From the NCBI GenBank assembly GCA_964462295.1, contig CAYWXH010000006.1, positions 1 through 55,146 of the forward strand: 55,146 nt of DNA, in the 5' to 3' direction. Below the pieces are notes generated by a model. The model was not told where the DNA came from, did not search any database, and saw only the letters and a list, made by a program, of their open reading frames with translations. Origin of the DNA: an uncultured Atribacterota bacterium (GTDB lineage: Bacteria; Atribacterota; JALVIU01). Below, piece after piece: positions 1-12,680 of this stretch (positions are counted from its first letter, which is position 1; the number at the start of each line of letters is the position of its first letter). The position numbers were made by a program, and so were the translations under genes.

Positions 1-399
1 ACAAATGTGAACAATGTAATTATTGATCCTAAAGGTTTTGTTGGGGGAGAGTTTGTAGATTTTACCGGTGATGTATGTATAATTCCACCGAATTCTTTTG
101 CATTAGGTAGAAGCATCGAATATATAAAGATGCCAAGGGATCTTTTGGCAATATGTCTTGGCAAATCAAGTTATGCAAGATGTGGAATCATTGTAAATGT
201 AACCCCTCTTGAACCCGAGTGGGAAGGACATATTACAATAGAAATTAGTAACACAACACCTCTTCCTGCCAAAATCTATGCAAATGAGGGAATAGCTCAG
301 CTTATCTTTTTAAAGGCTGATGAGGTTTGTGAGGTAAGTTATAAAGATAAAAAGGGTAAATATCAGGGGCAAAAGGGTATTACACTTCCTAGGGTATGA
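1..399 (+). CDS. dcd: dCTP deaminase (5'-truncated by window edge)
   Basis: Frame is open from base 1. Motifs [31 protein letters not shown] and C-terminal [11 protein letters not shown] are typical of Dcd. Confidence 0.93.
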   Translation, partial: TNVNNVIIDPKGFVGGEFVDFTGDVCIIPPNSFALGRSIEYIKMPRDLLAICLGKSSYARCGIIVNVTPLEPEWEGHITIEISNTTPLPAKIYANEGIAQLIFLKADEVCEVSYKDKKGKYQGQKGITLPRV

Positions 400-1247
400 A
401 TAAAGACCTATTTTTGACAGAAAAAAAGTTAAAAGAGTTATTTTTGAAGTATGGAATTACGATAAAAAAAGAAAAAGGGCAAAATTTCCTCATAGATTTT
501 AATATAATTACCAAATTGGTTGACACTATAGGAGATGATAATGCTACTCTTGTTGAAATAGGAAGTGGACCAGGGAATATAACGATCTTTTTAAAAGATA
601 TAGCAGAGAGGGTTATAGGTATAGAAATAGATAAAGAGTTTTTTCCTATCCTTGATGAGCTTAAAAAAAGATATCCAAACATTTCCTTTTTGTATAAAGA
701 TATAAGAAAGGTGAGTTGGGAGGATATAGAAGAAAAAGGGGTAGTTGGTAAAGTAAAAATAGTGGGAAATATTCCCTATTATCTTTCTTCTTTTATTATA
801 AGAAAGCTTTATGGATGGTCGAATTTAATAGAAGAGGCAATTATTATGATGCCTAAGGATGTTGCCGATAGAGTTTTGGCATCTCCCGGGTCTAAGTTGT
901 ATGGAATTTTGTCAGTAGTTTCCCAGCTTGTATTTTCACCAAAAATAGCTTTTAAGATAAAGCCAGGTTCTTTTTTTCCTCCTCCAAAAGTAGAATCTGT
1001 GGTGGTGAAATTAGTGCCACACAACACATACAAAATAGAAGATGAAGCACTCTTTTTTCATATCTTAAATACAACCTTTGGAAATAGAAGAAAGATGATA
1101 GTAAACACCCTAAAGGCTATTATTTCTGATAGGGATAAACTTATAGGGCTTTTAGAAGAAGTGAAAATAGACCCTTCAATAAGACCTGAAGAATTGAGTG
1201 TGGAAGATTTCATAAGACTTTATAAAAAGATGAGATATTTTTCTTGA
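396..1247 (+). CDS. rsmA: 16S rRNA adenine dimethyltransferase
   Basis: GQNFL, EIGSGPG SAM motif, [17 protein letters not shown] and RPEELS; ATGA overlap with dcd. Confidence 0.95.
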   Translation: MNKDLFLTEKKLKELFLKYGITIKKEKGQNFLIDFNIITKLVDTIGDDNATLVEIGSGPGNITIFLKDIAERVIGIEIDKEFFPILDELKKRYPNISFLYKDIRKVSWEDIEEKGVVGKVKIVGNIPYYLSSFIIRKLYGWSNLIEEAIIMMPKDVADRVLASPGSKLYGILSVVSQLVFSPKIAFKIKPGSFFPPPKVESVVVKLVPHNTYKIEDEALFFHILNTTFGNRRKMIVNTLKAIISDRDKLIGLLEEVKIDPSIRPEELSVEDFIRLYKKMRYFS

Positions 1248-1273
1248 TTTTTAACCATTTTTTATTGTAAAAT
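1244..1273 (+). promoter_or_regulatory. Putative sigma70 promoter for the nfnAB-fhs-gcv run
   Basis: TTGATT-N18-TAAAAT in the only sizeable intergenic gap before the long plus-strand run. Confidence 0.45.
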
Positions 1274-1337
1274 TATAGTATAAGCAAAGATTTAGACTTA
1301 AAATAAATTTAGGAGGATCCAATGGTAGGAGGATTCA

Positions 1338-3565
<2,228 letters not shown>

Positions 3566-3566
3566 G

Positions 3567-5138
3567 GTGAGTTTTTTGAAAAAATATGGTATTTTCATAT
3601 TAATAGTAGTTTTATCTTTTTCCGGACTTGCCTTTTCTCAGGGTCTTTCTATAAAAGTAGAACCTAAAATAGAGGCACTTGGTATCCTAAATTACATCTC
3701 AGGGATTACCGATTGGCCCAAAAATAGTGAATTTTTAGATTACAAGGAAGATATAAATGAATATTTTGTAAAGGGGCACAATAGAAAACACCCTGCTATC
3801 GATATGATCCAACTTCTTAGGACTTTTGGATTTAAGGGAGAGGCTCCTTATCTTCTATTGCTCCATTTATCATCAGATTTTAAGTTTGCATATCCAAAAA
3901 AGTCTTTTATCCAAATATCAAAAGGTATAGGAATTCCTACAGGCGCACTCAAGGAAGCCTTTCTTAAGAAATTTATATTTGAATTTAAGGCCTTTTATTA
4001 TGATTACAAATTTGAGGCATTTTACAAAAAGCATGAGAATTTTTATAAAGTACTCGAAAACAGCATAAAAGACTTCATACCGATTGACCTTATATCTGTA
4101 TTGGAGGATTTTTTTAAGGCAAAATCTCTTGGATATAGTGTATTTTTAAGTCCATCTCTTCCTAAAAACTATGGACTTTATATAAGGACACCTTATGGAT
4201 TTGAGTCATTTGCTATAATGGGCCTTTCTTTTTTACCTAAAACAGAACGAGAAAAATTGGAATATGTATATCAAATAATAAAAGAGCTTGTGAGGTCTTT
4301 CGTAGAACCTATAGATTATGGATATGTGGAAGAGATAAAAAGGCTCAAAAGGATAAAGTATTATAATATGACAAGAAAGAAGCTCTCTACCTATAAGCTT
4401 ATAAATGAAATAATAGTAAGTGCAGTGGCGTCTCACCTTATGAAGGTGCTATATTCTGAAAAAGAGGAATCGTGGGCCATAGTAAGAGAAGAAAGTAATG
4501 GATACTATCTTGTAAGACCTTTAGCTAAATTCCTTGAGAAATACTATAGAGACATTGATAACTATAAAAATTTTGCCCAATTTTATCCTCAGATACTTTC
4601 TTATCTTTCTGGTATAAATAGTGGGAAGATAAAGGTTGAGATACCAGAAAATATGGGCTCAATTCTTGAAAAAAGAAAAAAACCTGCTATTTTACTTGTG
4701 GACTATAATTCATTACCGAAAAGTATAGATGACTATCTAGAAAAAGAGACAGAAAAGTTTAAGAAAAAAGGATACAATGTAATTAAAGTCTCTATGAAAG
4801 ATTATTTAAAAAATATAAATAAATACAGAAAGAGAATACCAATAATCTATGCACCTTTTGGAAAGGTAGAGGATTTTTTACTAAAACTTGTTCCTCCTAT
4901 CTATCTAAAAGAGGATAAAATAGGTATATTGGATTTTAGCTATAATGGAAAGTATATTTTTATAGGAAAAGTCCCTAACTTTTTTATGAAAAATGGTGAT
5001 ATTATATTAGTTACTACCAATCAAGATAAGCTTTTAGAAGGTATAGATGTTTTTGATTATCTTCCCTTTAATTATGTCGTTTTGAATGAAAAAAGAGAGA
5101 TTGTTCAAGGAGGATTTCAAAAATTTAAATTAAAGTAG
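3567..5138 (+). CDS. Exported DUF4932-like protein with degenerate zincin motif
   Basis: Signal peptide ending AFS. Segments VEPKIEALGI, Y..DINEYF...HPAI, F.AFY.DYKFEAFY..H..FY and INEIIVSAV recall DUF4932; KELVRSFVEP sits where HExxHSFVNP is expected. Confidence 0.55.
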   Translation: MSFLKKYGIFILIVVLSFSGLAFSQGLSIKVEPKIEALGILNYISGITDWPKNSEFLDYKEDINEYFVKGHNRKHPAIDMIQLLRTFGFKGEAPYLLLLHLSSDFKFAYPKKSFIQISKGIGIPTGALKEAFLKKFIFEFKAFYYDYKFEAFYKKHENFYKVLENSIKDFIPIDLISVLEDFFKAKSLGYSVFLSPSLPKNYGLYIRTPYGFESFAIMGLSFLPKTEREKLEYVYQIIKELVRSFVEPIDYGYVEEIKRLKRIKYYNMTRKKLSTYKLINEIIVSAVASHLMKVLYSEKEESWAIVREESNGYYLVRPLAKFLEKYYRDIDNYKNFAQFYPQILSYLSGINSGKIKVEIPENMGSILEKRKKPAILLVDYNSLPKSIDDYLEKETEKFKKKGYNVIKVSMKDYLKNINKYRKRIPIIYAPFGKVEDFLLKLVPPIYLKEDKIGILDFSYNGKYIFIGKVPNFFMKNGDIILVTTNQDKLLEGIDVFDYLPFNYVVLNEKREIVQGGFQKFKLK

Positions 5139-5148
5139 GAGGAGAGAT

Positions 5149-6846
5149 ATGAAATCAGATCTTGAAATTGCGCAGGAAGCCACTTTAAAACCTATTGTAG
5201 AGATAGCCGAAGAGATGGGGCTAAAGGAAGATGAGATTGAACTTTACGGTAAGTATAAGGCTAAAATATCCTTGGATGTACTTTCTCGGAAAGAGATTAA
5301 TCCAAATGTAAAGTATATTGATGTAACAGCTATCACACCTACTCCTTTAGGGGAGGGAAAAACGGTTACTACTATAGGACTTGGACAGGCACTTGCCAAA
5401 ATTGGAAAAAAGACGATTATCACCCTTAGACAGCCCTCTATGGGCCCTGTTTTTGGTATTAAAGGAGGTGCTGCAGGGGGAGGCTACTCTCAGGTACTCC
5501 CTATGGAAGATATTAACCTTCATTTTACGGGAGATATACATGCAGTGGGGGCTGCAAACAATCTTTTGGTAGCAATGCTTGACAATCACCTTCAAAAGGG
5601 AAATGCATTAAATATTGATATCCATAATATTCAAGTAAACCGTGGTGTTGATATAAATGATAGGGCTCTAAGGCAGATAATCGTAGGACTTGGTGGAAAG
5701 TTAAATGGGGTGCCCAGAGAGGCAAGTTTTGATATTACAGTTGCATCTGAGGTAATGGCTATACTTGCCCTTGCAAAAGACTTAAGGGATCTTCGTGAAA
5801 GACTTGGTAGGATGGTTGCTGCATATAGCATAGATGGAGAGCCTATTACAGCAGAAGATTTAAAGGCCGCAGGGGCTATGACAGTGCTTTTAAAAGATGC
5901 GATAAAACCTAATTTAGTACAAACTATAGAACATGTACCTACCATCATGCATGCAGGCCCCTTTGCAAATATTGCCCATGGTAATAATTCGGTACTTGCA
6001 GACCTTATTGCAGCAAGATTTTCTGATTTTGTAGTAACTGAGAGTGGTTTTGGTGCTGATATGGGATTTGAAAAGATGGTTGATATAAAGTCTAGAGTAA
6101 GTGGTCTTAAGGTTGATGTTGCAGTAATTGTGGCATCTGTGAGGGCCCTTAAGATGCATGGTGGAGGAATAGTATTGAAACCTGGAAGAAAGGTAGACAA
6201 AGAGGCACTTGGAAGAGAAAATGTAGAAGCAGTAGCAAAGGGATGTGAAAATCTTGCAAAACATATAGAGAATGTAAAACTCTTTGGCATACCAGCTATT
6301 GTTGCGATTAATAGGTTTACTACAGATACAGATAGAGAGATAGAAGTGATAAAGGAAAAGGCTATGGAGGCAGGTGCCTATGCAGTTGTAGTCCATGAAG
6401 TATGGGCAAAGGGTGGAGAAGGCGGTGTAGAACTTGCAGAGAAAGTAGTTGAAGCAACTAAGGAGAAAAATAACTTCCACTACCTTTATCCCCTTGATAT
6501 GCCAATAAAGGAGAAGATAGAGACAATTGCCACAAAGGTTTACGGTGCAGATGGGGTAGATTATTCCCCTGTGGCCGAAAAGAAGATTCGGTTCTTTACA
6601 GAAAAAGGTTTTGATAAGATGCCTATATGTATGGCAAAGACTCACCTTTCCCTCTCTCATGATCCTGAACTTAAGGGGAGACCAAAAGGGTTTAGGGTAC
6701 CCATAAGAGATATAAAGGCATCAGTAGGGGCTGGATTTTTATATCCATTGTTGGGAACCATGATGACTATGCCAGGGCTTCCATCTCATCCTGCGGCAAT
6801 GGATATAGATATTGATGAAAATGGAAAAGTGGTAGGTCTTTTCTGA
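5149..6846 (+). CDS. fhs: Formate--tetrahydrofolate ligase
   Basis: TPTPLGEGKTVTT, GIKGGAAGGGYSQV, HAGPFANIAHGNNS, CMAKTHLS and TMPGLP; AGGAG SD. Confidence 0.98.
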   Translation: MKSDLEIAQEATLKPIVEIAEEMGLKEDEIELYGKYKAKISLDVLSRKEINPNVKYIDVTAITPTPLGEGKTVTTIGLGQALAKIGKKTIITLRQPSMGPVFGIKGGAAGGGYSQVLPMEDINLHFTGDIHAVGAANNLLVAMLDNHLQKGNALNIDIHNIQVNRGVDINDRALRQIIVGLGGKLNGVPREASFDITVASEVMAILALAKDLRDLRERLGRMVAAYSIDGEPITAEDLKAAGAMTVLLKDAIKPNLVQTIEHVPTIMHAGPFANIAHGNNSVLADLIAARFSDFVVTESGFGADMGFEKMVDIKSRVSGLKVDVAVIVASVRALKMHGGGIVLKPGRKVDKEALGRENVEAVAKGCENLAKHIENVKLFGIPAIVAINRFTTDTDREIEVIKEKAMEAGAYAVVVHEVWAKGGEGGVELAEKVVEATKEKNNFHYLYPLDMPIKEKIETIATKVYGADGVDYSPVAEKKIRFFTEKGFDKMPICMAKTHLSLSHDPELKGRPKGFRVPIRDIKASVGAGFLYPLLGTMMTMPGLPSHPAAMDIDIDENGKVVGLF

Positions 6847-7919
6847 TGGAAAATCTAAAACGTACAGTATTGTATAAATGGCACAAAGAACATGGGGCGA
6901 AACTTGTACCCTTTGGGGGGTATGAGATGCCCCTTTATTATGAGAGTATAGTGAAAGAGCATATGACAGTCAGAAATGCTTTAGGTATGTTTGATGTCTC
7001 TCATATGGGAGAGCTTTTTATAGAAGGTATGGATGCCTTAGAATTTATAGACTCTCTTCTTCCTGCAAAACTTAAGGGACTTCCTGAGGGGAGGGTGAAG
7101 TATAGTTTTCTTTTAAAAGAAGATGGCGGTATCGTAGATGACCTTTTGGTATATGTATTTTCACCTACAAAGATTATGCTTGTAGTAAATGCTTCAAATA
7201 TAGAAAAAGACTTAGACTATATTAAATCTTTTGTTTCAGGGGCTATTTCTGTTCGAGAGGTAGATTTTGGAAATATAGCTATTCAAGGACCTGATTCTCT
7301 TAAAATCCTTTCTGATTTTATAGATTTTCCCCTAGACTCTTTAAAGTTTTACTATTATAGAGAGGGGGTAAAGTTCAAGGGTATTGATATTATTATTTCT
7401 CGTACAGGCTATACAGGGGATTTGGGTTTTGAAATATATGCAGAAAGTAGGTATATACCCCTTATCTGGGAAGAGCTTTTCAAAAAGGGTGTAAAACCAT
7501 GTGGACTTGGTGCAAGAGATACACTTAGACTAGAAGCAGGCTATCCCCTTTATGGACATGAGCTTACAGAACAAATAAATCCTATAGAAGCAGGACTTGA
7601 TGCATTTATCTATTGGGATAAAGAGTTTGTGGGAAAAGATGCACTTCTTTCTGTGAAGGGGCATCCTCATAAAAAACTTATAGGCTTTTCTTTCAGTAGG
7701 GGAGGTGTTCCAAGACAGGGATATAAACTCTTTAAAGGTAATGAAGAGATAGGTTGGGTAACAAGTGGAGCCTCTTCCCCTGTCTTAAAAGAGATGATAG
7801 GATTAGGTTATACAAAAGACCTCTCTCTTTCTCCAGGGGATGATATCCAGGTTGATATAAGAGGGAAAAAGATAGATGCAAAAATTACTTCTTTGCCATT
7901 TTATAAACCAAAAAAGTAG
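6846..7919 (+). CDS. gcvT: Glycine cleavage system T protein (aminomethyltransferase)
   Basis: FDVSHMGE, SRTGYTGDLGFEI, GLGARDTLRLEAGYPLYGHEL. Confidence 0.97.
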   Translation: MENLKRTVLYKWHKEHGAKLVPFGGYEMPLYYESIVKEHMTVRNALGMFDVSHMGELFIEGMDALEFIDSLLPAKLKGLPEGRVKYSFLLKEDGGIVDDLLVYVFSPTKIMLVVNASNIEKDLDYIKSFVSGAISVREVDFGNIAIQGPDSLKILSDFIDFPLDSLKFYYYREGVKFKGIDIIISRTGYTGDLGFEIYAESRYIPLIWEELFKKGVKPCGLGARDTLRLEAGYPLYGHELTEQINPIEAGLDAFIYWDKEFVGKDALLSVKGHPHKKLIGFSFSRGGVPRQGYKLFKGNEEIGWVTSGASSPVLKEMIGLGYTKDLSLSPGDDIQVDIRGKKIDAKITSLPFYKPKK

Positions 7920-7932
7920 GAGGTAGAAAAAA

Positions 7933-8319
7933 ATGGATGTAAGGGATGGTTTATTTTACTCTAAGGAACATGAATGGTTAAAAGTTGAAGGTGATATAGG
8001 TATATGTGGGATTACAGATTATGCCCAGGATAATCTTGGGGATGTGGTGTATGTAGAATTACCAGAGGTGGGAAAGAAAGTAGAAAAGATGAAGCCTTTT
8101 ATGGTATTAGAATCTGTAAAAGCAACATCTGATGTTTATTCTCCGGCAACAGGGGAGATTGTAGAAATCAATGAAAAGTTACAAGATGCCCCCGAACTTG
8201 TAAATGAAGATCCTTATGGTGAAGGTTGGCTTGTAAAGATAAAACTTTCCAATAAAGAAGAACTTACCGAGCTTATGGATAAAGATGCATATCTTAAATT
8301 TTTGGAGGAAGAGGGATGA
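7933..8319 (+). CDS. gcvH: Glycine cleavage system H protein
   Basis: HEW, GITDYAQDNLGDVVYVELP, lipoyl-Lys motif ESVKATSDVYSP, NEDPYGEGWL. Confidence 0.98.
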   Translation: MDVRDGLFYSKEHEWLKVEGDIGICGITDYAQDNLGDVVYVELPEVGKKVEKMKPFMVLESVKATSDVYSPATGEIVEINEKLQDAPELVNEDPYGEGWLVKIKLSNKEELTELMDKDAYLKFLEEEG

Positions 8320-9659
8320 ACTATGTTCCACACACCCCAGATGATATAGAAGTAATGTTAAAGCAGATTGGGATAGGCTCAAAAGAAGAACTTTTTTCGC
8401 ATATCCCAAAAGAGGTTTTAAATAAAATAGAGGTAGGTCTTCCACAGGGGGCTACTGAAATTGATATAGTTAGAGAACTTCATGAGATAGGTGCCAAAAA
8501 TAGAGATATTCTCTCTGTTTCCTCTTTCCTGGGCGCAGGTGCCTATTTTCATTTTGTACCTCCAGTGGTGGATTTTTTATCTTCGCGAGGTGAGTTTGCT
8601 ACAGCATATACACCTTATCAGCCGGAGGTAAGTCAGGGTACTTTAACAGCGATATTTGAGTATCAGTCTATGGTATCCTATATATTTGGGGTAGAGGTAA
8701 TAAATGCCTCTATGTATGATGGTGCATCTTCTCTTTCTGAGGCAGTACTTATGGCAGCAAATGTAACAGGGAAAAGAAAGTTTCTTGTTTCCTCTCTTAT
8801 TCATCCTGAATACCTTCAAGTAATAAATACATATGTGAAAAATAGAGATATAGAAATAATTGAGGTGCCATATACAGAAGAGGGGAAGACAGATATTTCT
8901 TTTTTAAGAGATAATATAGAAGATACAGCTGCTGTCCTTATAGGTTATCCTAACTTTTTTGGAATAATTGAGGATTTAAAGGAGATAAAAAATGTAATAG
9001 GAGATGCCCTTCTTATTACATCTACGCCTGAACCTATATCCTTGGGTGTTATAGTCCCACCTGGAGCGGTAGGTGCTGATATTGTAACTGGTGAAGGAAT
9101 GAGTTTTGGGAATCCTTTGGCCTTTGGAGGTCCTTACCTTGGGATATTTGGTACATCTAAAAAATATGTAAGAAAGATGCCTGGTAGGTTGGTAGGGCAG
9201 ACAAAAGACCGAGAGGGAAATAGGGGCTATGTCCTTACTCTTTCTACACGAGAGCAGCACATAAGAAGGGCGAAAGCTACATCTAATATATGTTCCAATG
9301 AGGGACTTTGTGCATTAAGGGCCGCAATATATCTTGCATTATTGGGAAAAGAGGGATTTTATGAGCTCTCAGAGTACAACCTTGCCCTTGCCCATAAGAT
9401 AAAAGATGTTATATTATCCTATAAGGGGTTTTCTCTCAAGTTTCAAGCCCCCTTCTTTAATGAATTTGTGATTGAAACAAAATATAACCCAGAGAAGCTC
9501 TACAATTATCTTTTAGATAGGGATATTATATTTGGATTACCTCTTGGAAGATATAAAAAAGATATGGAAAATTGTTTTCTTGTAAATGTAACGGAGATGA
9601 TAGGAGAGGGAGATATAGAAAAACTTCAAAAGGCCCTGGAGGAATATCATGAAGAATAA
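8316..9659 (+). CDS. gcvPA: Glycine dehydrogenase subunit 1
   Basis: FLGAGAY, TAYTPYQPEVSQG, NASMYDG, TREQHIRRAKATSNICSN. Confidence 0.97.
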   Translation: MNYVPHTPDDIEVMLKQIGIGSKEELFSHIPKEVLNKIEVGLPQGATEIDIVRELHEIGAKNRDILSVSSFLGAGAYFHFVPPVVDFLSSRGEFATAYTPYQPEVSQGTLTAIFEYQSMVSYIFGVEVINASMYDGASSLSEAVLMAANVTGKRKFLVSSLIHPEYLQVINTYVKNRDIEIIEVPYTEEGKTDISFLRDNIEDTAAVLIGYPNFFGIIEDLKEIKNVIGDALLITSTPEPISLGVIVPPGAVGADIVTGEGMSFGNPLAFGGPYLGIFGTSKKYVRKMPGRLVGQTKDREGNRGYVLTLSTREQHIRRAKATSNICSNEGLCALRAAIYLALLGKEGFYELSEYNLALAHKIKDVILSYKGFSLKFQAPFFNEFVIETKYNPEKLYNYLLDRDIIFGLPLGRYKKDMENCFLVNVTEMIGEGDIEKLQKALEEYHEE

Positions 9660-11103
9660 ATTAATATATGAACTATCTAGATCCGGTAAAAGAACCTATA
9701 TTCCTATAAAAAAAGACCCTTCTTTAAAAACAAGCGAAGAGCTTTTACCAGGAGAGGTCTTACGCAAGGAAAAGGCATATCTTCCAGAGGTTTCAGAATT
9801 AGATGTTGTAAGACATTATACTAATCTTTCCCAGCTTAATATGAGTGTTGATACAAATTTTTATCCCCTTGGTTCTTGTACAATGAAGTATAATCCCAAG
9901 ATTTCAGAATATGTGACTTTAAATTCCCAGTTTAAAGATATACACCCTTATTATCCAGAAAAATTTTCCCAAGGTGCACTCGAAATTCTCTACAAAACAG
10001 CTAATTATTTAGAAAAAATAAGTGGAATGGATAAAGTAACCTTTCAGCCTGCTGCAGGGGCCCATGGAGAGCTTACCAGCTTATTGGTAATAAGGGCATA
10101 TCATACCCTTAAGGGTAATCCAAGAAAGAAAGTTATAGTGCCTGATTCTGCACACGGAACCAACCCTGCATCTTCTGCTCTTGCAGGCTATGAAGTAGTA
10201 GAGGTAAGGTCAAATAAGAGGGGTATGGTGGATTGCGAACATCTAAGAGAACTTATGGACGAAGATGTAGCAGCCATTATGCTTACAAATCCGAATACAT
10301 TAGGGATTTTTGAGGAGAATATAAAAAAAATAGCAGATATTGCCCATGAATATGGAGCACTTCTTCATTACGATGGGGCAAATCTAAATGCAATCTTGGG
10401 AAGAGTTAGACCAGGAGACATGGGATTTGATACAATACAGTTTAATCTACATAAGACTTTTGCTACACCTCATGGTGGAGGTGGTCCAGGTTCAGGTCCT
10501 GTTGGTGTAAAGGCTCATCTTATTGACTTTTTACCTGTGCCACAGATAGAAAAAAATAATGAAGGGAAATATTTTCTAAATTATGATTATCCACATTCTA
10601 TAGGTAAAGTCCGTGCCTTTTACGGTAATTTTCTTGTGGTTCTTAAAGCCTATGTATACCTTAGAATATTAGGGGAAAGTGGCATATTTGAAACCTCTGA
10701 TGCAGCTGTTCTAAATGCCAATTATTTACTCTCCCTTATTAGAGATTATTTTGATGTGCAGTATGATGAGAGGTATATGCATGAATTTGTTATATCTACA
10801 AAAAGGTATAAAAATAAGGGCATAAAGGCATTGGATGTAGCAAAAAGACTTATAGATTATGGCTTTCATCCACCTACAATATATTTCCCTCTTATAGTTA
10901 AAGAGGATCTAATGATAGAACCTACGGAGACGGAAGATAGAGAAACTATAGAGAAATTTGCAGATGCCCTAAAAGAGATTGTACGAGAGATAGAAGATAA
11001 TCCAGATATTTTAAAAGATGCTCCACATACTACACCTGTAAAAAGATTGGATGAAGTATGGGCTGCTAGAAATTTAATCTTAAGATATGAAAAGAAAGAT
11101 TAG
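9649..11103 (+). CDS. gcvPB: Glycine dehydrogenase subunit 2
   Basis: YPLGSCTMKYNP, PDSAHGTNPAS, PLP-Lys motif NLHKTFATPHGGGGPG, MIEPTETE. Confidence 0.97.
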   Translation: MKNKLIYELSRSGKRTYIPIKKDPSLKTSEELLPGEVLRKEKAYLPEVSELDVVRHYTNLSQLNMSVDTNFYPLGSCTMKYNPKISEYVTLNSQFKDIHPYYPEKFSQGALEILYKTANYLEKISGMDKVTFQPAAGAHGELTSLLVIRAYHTLKGNPRKKVIVPDSAHGTNPASSALAGYEVVEVRSNKRGMVDCEHLRELMDEDVAAIMLTNPNTLGIFEENIKKIADIAHEYGALLHYDGANLNAILGRVRPGDMGFDTIQFNLHKTFATPHGGGGPGSGPVGVKAHLIDFLPVPQIEKNNEGKYFLNYDYPHSIGKVRAFYGNFLVVLKAYVYLRILGESGIFETSDAAVLNANYLLSLIRDYFDVQYDERYMHEFVISTKRYKNKGIKALDVAKRLIDYGFHPPTIYFPLIVKEDLMIEPTETEDRETIEKFADALKEIVREIEDNPDILKDAPHTTPVKRLDEVWAARNLILRYEKKD

Positions 11104-11833
11104 CCTATTTCCCGTACCTTACGGTGATATACCTAAAGATGCAATAGTTGTGGTTATAGATGTTATCCGTGCAACAAGCACTATAACAACCTTTTTTGGT
11201 GAAGGAGGAGAGGCCTTATTTATCGTAGAGAAGGTAGAGGAGGCCTTTTCTCTAAAAAAATCTTTACCATATAGGGCATACATTGCAGGAGAGAGGGGAG
11301 GGGAAAAGGTAGAAGGTTTTGATTTTGATAATTCCCCTCTCCATATAAAAAATGCTAATTTATCCAATAAGATCCTTATATTAACTACAACAAATGGAAC
11401 AAGGGTTATAAAAAAGTATAGTGATGTAAGACATCTTTTTGTAGGTTCTCTTTTGAATTTTAAACCTCTTGTGAATGTGATAGTTACTTTATCAAATGAG
11501 GAAGGACTCGATATATATTTGGTATGTGCAGGAAAAGATAAAACCTTTATAATAGATGATTTTTTGTGTGGAGGGGCATATATAAAGGGCCTTTTGGAAA
11601 AAGACGATTTTGAGCTAAGAGATTCTGCAAGAATTTCTTATGAATATTATAAATTAAAACAGGATGATATAAAAAAGTGTCTTTTGGAGAGCGAAAGTGG
11701 AAGGAATATACTTAGATTTGGAAAGAGAGATGATATAGAATTTTTGGCCCAGATGGATGTCTATAACACAGTCCCTTATCTTTTTGATAGAGATAGACTT
11801 TTATTAAAAGATTTTTTAAAAAGGGAGAGATGA
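11087..11833 (+). CDS. comB: 2-phosphosulfolactate phosphatase family protein
   Basis: VIDVIRATSTI, AGERGG, GFDFDNSP, TTTNGT. Confidence 0.9.
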   Translation: MKRKISLFPVPYGDIPKDAIVVVIDVIRATSTITTFFGEGGEALFIVEKVEEAFSLKKSLPYRAYIAGERGGEKVEGFDFDNSPLHIKNANLSNKILILTTTNGTRVIKKYSDVRHLFVGSLLNFKPLVNVIVTLSNEEGLDIYLVCAGKDKTFIIDDFLCGGAYIKGLLEKDDFELRDSARISYEYYKLKQDDIKKCLLESESGRNILRFGKRDDIEFLAQMDVYNTVPYLFDRDRLLLKDFLKRER

Positions 11834-12667
11834 GTGAGCAAAGGTAAAGAAGAGACTAAACTCATAAGAGATTTTATAAAAAAGATTACAGGTATTACAT
11901 ATAAGGAGAATAAGGATTATTTTCTTGAATTAAAACTTGCACCACTTCTTAAGGAGACAAAGTGTAAAAATCTTCTGGATTTTTATAATCTAATAAAGAA
12001 ACTACCTTTTGATAGTCCTGTACTTAGAAATTTTATAGATGCTATAACTATTAATGAAACAAGTTTCTTTAGAGATACCTACCCATTTGAAATTCTAAAA
12101 AGATATATTTTCCCTGAATTTAAGGAAAAAGGGGCAAAAAAAGTTCGCATTATGAGTGTTCCCTCATCTACTGGACAAGAGCCTTATTCTATAACTATGA
12201 TAGCCTTTGAGGTCTTTTCTAATTTAGATAAATACGATTTTAAAATTATATCCGGTGATATAAGTGAATATGCCTTATTTCGTGCAAAGGAGGGGCACTA
12301 TAGACAGGTAGAGGTAGATAGAGGATTAAATAGTTATTACTTGAATAAATATTTTACAAAAGTAGGAGAAAATGATTATGCCATAAGAGATGACTTAAAA
12401 AGGTCTATAGAGTTTCACAAGATAAATGTCTTAGAAAAAAATGCCATTATATGGAAAAGAGATTATTACGATATTGTATTTTTTAGAAATATTATGATAT
12501 ACTTTGATATAACTACACAGAGAGAATTGCTTGGTAGGATAAAGGAGGCTCTAAAAAAAGATGGATATCTATTCATAGGGGCGTCTGAGGTAATTATAGG
12601 TATTACAAGATTATTTGATATGAAAAAGATAAATGGTGGAGTAGTTTATGTAAACTCTAAAAAGTAA
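11834..12667 (+). CDS. cheR: Protein-glutamate O-methyltransferase CheR
   Basis: TINETSFFRD, STGQEPYSI, GDIS, RNIMIYFD, GYLFIGASE. Confidence 0.9.
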   Translation: MSKGKEETKLIRDFIKKITGITYKENKDYFLELKLAPLLKETKCKNLLDFYNLIKKLPFDSPVLRNFIDAITINETSFFRDTYPFEILKRYIFPEFKEKGAKKVRIMSVPSSTGQEPYSITMIAFEVFSNLDKYDFKIISGDISEYALFRAKEGHYRQVEVDRGLNSYYLNKYFTKVGENDYAIRDDLKRSIEFHKINVLEKNAIIWKRDYYDIVFFRNIMIYFDITTQRELLGRIKEALKKDGYLFIGASEVIIGITRLFDMKKINGGVVYVNSKK

Positions 12668-12680
12668 AAGAGGGGAAAGC

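Noticed and set aside
1250-1337. Rex operator upstream of nfnAB
   Set aside because: Only a half-site-like TTGTAAA is present; the second half does not match TTCACAA.
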